Origin: Bacteroidales bacterium
GTDB taxonomy: Bacteria > Bacteroidota > Bacteroidia > Bacteroidales > P3
Assembly (NCBI GenBank): GCA_017483575.1
Contig: JAFUWF010000005.1
Location: forward strand, 114 to 64,113
DNA: 64,000 nucleotides
Direction of reading: 5' to 3'
Of this stretch, positions 61,279-64,000 are shown one piece after another (the stretch's first letter is position 1; each line of letters begins with the position of its first letter). The position numbers were made by a program, and so were the translations under genes. Below the pieces are notes generated by a model, which saw only the letters and a list, made by a program, of their open reading frames with translations, was not told where the DNA came from and did no database searches.

Positions 61279-62466
61279 ATGAAATCAAACGTCCTGACAA
61301 TCATAAAGAAAGAGTTCGCCCGCTTCTTCGGCGACCGACAGCTGCTGTTCACCACGGTCATCATGCCCGGCCTGCTCATCTACCTCATCTACAGTTTCAT
61401 GGGCACCGGCATCGAGAGCATGGTCACCGAAGGGGCCGAGGAAATGGTGACCGTCCGTGTGGAGAACCTCCCCACCACCATCGCACCCCTTCTCGGCGAG
61501 CTCGACCCCAACACCGTCGTCGTCGAACAGCCGTTCGTCGAACAGGACATCTACCTTCTGGAAGACAAGGACATCGACAACGTCCTTGTGCGCTTCCCTA
61601 TCGGCTTTGACTCGCTACTCGCCACCTACGACCCTTCCGAGGGCCTCCCCGCCCCCAACATCGAAATCTACTACAACTCCACCAACAACGCCTCCTCGCG
61701 GGTTTTCAACGAGCTCACCGAAGCCCTCACGGCTTTCGAGGACGGCATCAGCAACCGCTTCGATATCAACCGTTCCGATTGTCCGACGTTTTCCTATGAC
61801 CAGGCCTCCGACGAGAGCATCGGCGCCATGGTCTGGAGCAAGATCCTCCCCATGCTCATCATGATGATGCTCTTCTCCGGCGTCATGGCCATAGCCCCCA
61901 GCGCCATCGCCGGCGAGAAGGAACGCGGCACCATAGCCACCCTCCTCGTCACACCCATGCGCCGCAACGAACTCGCCATGGGCAAGATCGTCTCCCTCTC
62001 CTGCATAGCCCTGCTCAGCGGCATCTCCAGCTTCATCGGCATAGCCCTCTCGCTGCCCAACATGGTGCCCGACGCCGGCACCCTCTCCTTCCACTACACC
62101 GCCTCCGACTACCTCGTCCTCCTGCTTGTCATCTTCGCCTCCGTGCTCATCATGGCCTCCGCCGTCAGCCTCCTCTCCGCCCTGGCCAAGGACGTCAAGA
62201 ACGCCGGCACCATGATCACCCCCTTCATGCTCATCGTCATGCTGGCAGGCCTCCTGCCCATGTTCCAGAACGGCGCCTCGGACAACCTCGCCGTCTACCT
62301 CATCCCCTTCTACAACTCCATGGAGGTGATGGTGGCCGTCTTCCTGCACGAGATGCAGTGGGGCCCCGTACTCATCACCCTCGGAGCCAACGTCGTCTAC
62401 ACCGGCGTCGCCGTCTGGGGCCTCACACGCATGTTCAACAGCGAAAAGGTGATGTTCTCCAGGTAA
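61279..62466 (+). CDS. ABC-2 family transporter permease (NatB-like)
   Basis: An N-terminal TM helix, a large extracytoplasmic loop, then five TM helices; 395 aa. Confidence 0.75.
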   Translation: MKSNVLTIIKKEFARFFGDRQLLFTTVIMPGLLIYLIYSFMGTGIESMVTEGAEEMVTVRVENLPTTIAPLLGELDPNTVVVEQPFVEQDIYLLEDKDIDNVLVRFPIGFDSLLATYDPSEGLPAPNIEIYYNSTNNASSRVFNELTEALTAFEDGISNRFDINRSDCPTFSYDQASDESIGAMVWSKILPMLIMMMLFSGVMAIAPSAIAGEKERGTIATLLVTPMRRNELAMGKIVSLSCIALLSGISSFIGIALSLPNMVPDAGTLSFHYTASDYLVLLLVIFASVLIMASAVSLLSALAKDVKNAGTMITPFMLIVMLAGLLPMFQNGASDNLAVYLIPFYNSMEVMVAVFLHEMQWGPVLITLGANVVYTGVAVWGLTRMFNSEKVMFSR

Positions 62467-62501
62467 AGGGTTATAGGTTATTGGTTATTGATTATTGAAC
62501 A

Positions 62502-63968
62502 ATGAAAAAAGGCTTATTCGTCCTCGCTTTTCAATTTTCAATTCTCAACTGCCAATTTGCCTATGCCCAATGGTGGACCGCCTGGAGCCCCAAGACCGGC
62601 CTCGCCCTCTGCCTACACCAGGCCGACACCCTCTTCGAGCTCTACAGCCCCCTCCAGTCCCCCACTCCCATCCCCGTCAGCAAGTGGTCTTTACAGAACG
62701 ACACCCTCCGCTTCGAATGCTCCTCCATCGGCCTGAAGCTCACCCTGATACATTCTCTCTCCTCCCCTAAGTTAGGGGAGGTGGCCGCACGCAGTGCGGA
62801 CGGAGGAGTGTGTAGCGAATGGCACGGCACCTGGCGCCAAGGCCTCCTCCGCGAAGCCATCTCCTTCCTCCCCGCCGACACCCTCTACCAGCTCCGCCGC
62901 CCGCAGACCCCGCAGCCGCCTTACCCCTACACCGAAGAGACCCTCGCCGCCGACTACATCGACTCCCACGGCGACACCATCCACCTCGAAGGTACCCTCA
63001 CCGTGCCGCGCGACTCGGTCGCGCGGAGACACCCCGCCCTCCTCCTCGTCTCCGGCTCCGGCCAGCAGAACCGCGACGAGGAGCTCTTCCAGCACCGCCC
63101 CTTCCTCGTCCTGGCCGACTTCCTGGCCCGCCACGGCATCGCCACCCTCCGCTACGACGACCGCGGCGTCGGCGCTTCCCGCGGCCCCCTCGACTCCGCC
63201 ACCACCCTCACCTTCGCCGAGGACGCCGAAGCACTCTTCAACGTGCTGAAGCGTCATCCAGCCGTCAACCCCGCACGCATCGGCATCGGCGGCCACAGCG
63301 AGGGCGCCGCCATAGCACCCATCATCGCGACAAGAAACAAAGAGGTGAAATACGTCGTCATGCTCGCCGGACAAGGCTGTACGGGACTCGACATCATGGT
63401 GCAGCAGAACGAAGCCCTCTTCCGCTCCCGCGGCGTCAGCCCACGCCTCTGCGCCCTCCGCGCCGCCTGCATGCGCGACCTGTTGTCCCGCCGGGATGGA
63501 CCGCCGGCGTCCAGCCGGCAAGAAACCACCGTGGGGGACCTGCAAACCGTCATCCTCCGCCACACCGACGGCCTCACGAAAGAGGAAATCGACAGCATAG
63601 ACCTCCGCAAAGGCATGGCCTACAGCCTCAAACAGCAACTCGACCTCCCCTGGATGCAGGCCTTCCTCGCCCTCGACCCCGCCAGCTATCTCCCCAACGT
63701 ACAGTGCCCCGTGCTCGCCCTCTGCGGCGACCGCGACTGCCAAGTGCCCGCCCAGCCCAACCTCCAGCGCATCAAGCAACTGTGCCCCAAGGCCGAAACC
63801 CACGAACTCCCCGGCCTCAACCACCTCTTCCAGCATTGCTCCACGGGCTCCCCGGACGAATACATACAAATCGAAGAGACCTTCGCCCCCGAAGCCATGC
63901 GCCTCATCCTGGGCTTCCTCCTCGCCCACGAACTCCTCCCCGCCGGCGCCCCCACAGCTACCCGATAG
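62502..63968 (+). CDS. Alpha/beta-hydrolase-fold secreted protein
   Basis: Signal peptide. Nucleophile elbow GIGGHSEGA. C-terminal ...GLNHLFQ region. 488 aa. Carries palindromic element copy B in frame. Confidence 0.75.
   Translation: MKKGLFVLAFQFSILNCQFAYAQWWTAWSPKTGLALCLHQADTLFELYSPLQSPTPIPVSKWSLQNDTLRFECSSIGLKLTLIHSLSSPKLGEVAARSADGGVCSEWHGTWRQGLLREAISFLPADTLYQLRRPQTPQPPYPYTEETLAADYIDSHGDTIHLEGTLTVPRDSVARRHPALLLVSGSGQQNRDEELFQHRPFLVLADFLARHGIATLRYDDRGVGASRGPLDSATTLTFAEDAEALFNVLKRHPAVNPARIGIGGHSEGAAIAPIIATRNKEVKYVVMLAGQGCTGLDIMVQQNEALFRSRGVSPRLCALRAACMRDLLSRRDGPPASSRQETTVGDLQTVILRHTDGLTKEEIDSIDLRKGMAYSLKQQLDLPWMQAFLALDPASYLPNVQCPVLALCGDRDCQVPAQPNLQRIKQLCPKAETHELPGLNHLFQHCSTGSPDEYIQIEETFAPEAMRLILGFLLAHELLPAGAPTATR
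62760..62812. repeat. In-frame two-hairpin palindromic element, copy B
   Basis: TCCTCCCCTAAGTTAGGGGAGGTGGCCGCACGCAGTGCGGACGGAGGAGTGTG. Hairpin 1 is CCTCCCCTAA/TTAGGGGAGG and hairpin 2 is CCGCA-CGCAG-TGCGG. Translated as SPKLGEVAARSADGGV. Confidence 0.7.
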
Positions 63969-63982
63969 CCCCCAAATACGTC

Positions 63983-64000
63983 CGTATTCATATAGTATAC
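63983..64000. repeat. Start of a third family-P AT-rich palindrome (cut by the window end)
   Basis: CGTATTCATATAGTATAC matches the left arm of P2 (30683-30700). Confidence 0.4.

Overview
This is a GC-rich (strongly GC3-biased) chromosomal segment that reads as Bacteroidota, probably Bacteroidales. Supporting signs are TAnnTTTG -7 promoter boxes in front of many genes, five proteins ending in T9SS (Por) C-terminal sorting domains, a CarboxypepD_reg-type TonB-dependent receptor, many lipoprotein signal peptides, and ATGA start/stop overlaps.

I can support about 45 CDS, one tRNA-Gln(UUG) and no rRNA or CRISPR. Housekeeping genes include uvrB, lysS, ung, rnr, holA, ansA, dcp, an acyl-CoA ligase, an LTA-synthase-family sulfatase and a nucleoside hydrolase. 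They are interspersed with surface and secreted proteins.

Most notable observations:
1. Two paralogous cobalamin riboswitches lie on the minus strand. Each has its own promoter and each drives a T9SS cargo gene (405 aa and 2252 aa). Both proteins are built from an unassigned Trp-rich repeated module, making them candidates for B12-responsive surface or extracellular corrinoid capture.
2. A tightly packed five-gene plus-strand operon links a partner-switching set (Cache-SpoIIE phosphatase, RsbW-like kinase, STAS protein) to a split alarmone pair (RelA/SpoT synthetase-domain protein plus an HD hydrolase).
3. A two-hairpin palindromic element of about 55 nt is inserted in frame in three unrelated enzymes, with compensatory stem changes. 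This resembles Rickettsia palindromic elements.
4. AT-rich long palindromes of about 115 bp occur in divergent promoter regions, with two inverted copies 20.4 kb apart.
5. A REP-associated tyrosine transposase is flanked by GC-rich hairpin clusters.
6. An array of four TAGTATACTA palindromes is phased at exactly 23 bp.

All calls come from reading the sequence and the ORF track by eye. No database search was run, and coordinates of non-coding features are approximate (a few nt).
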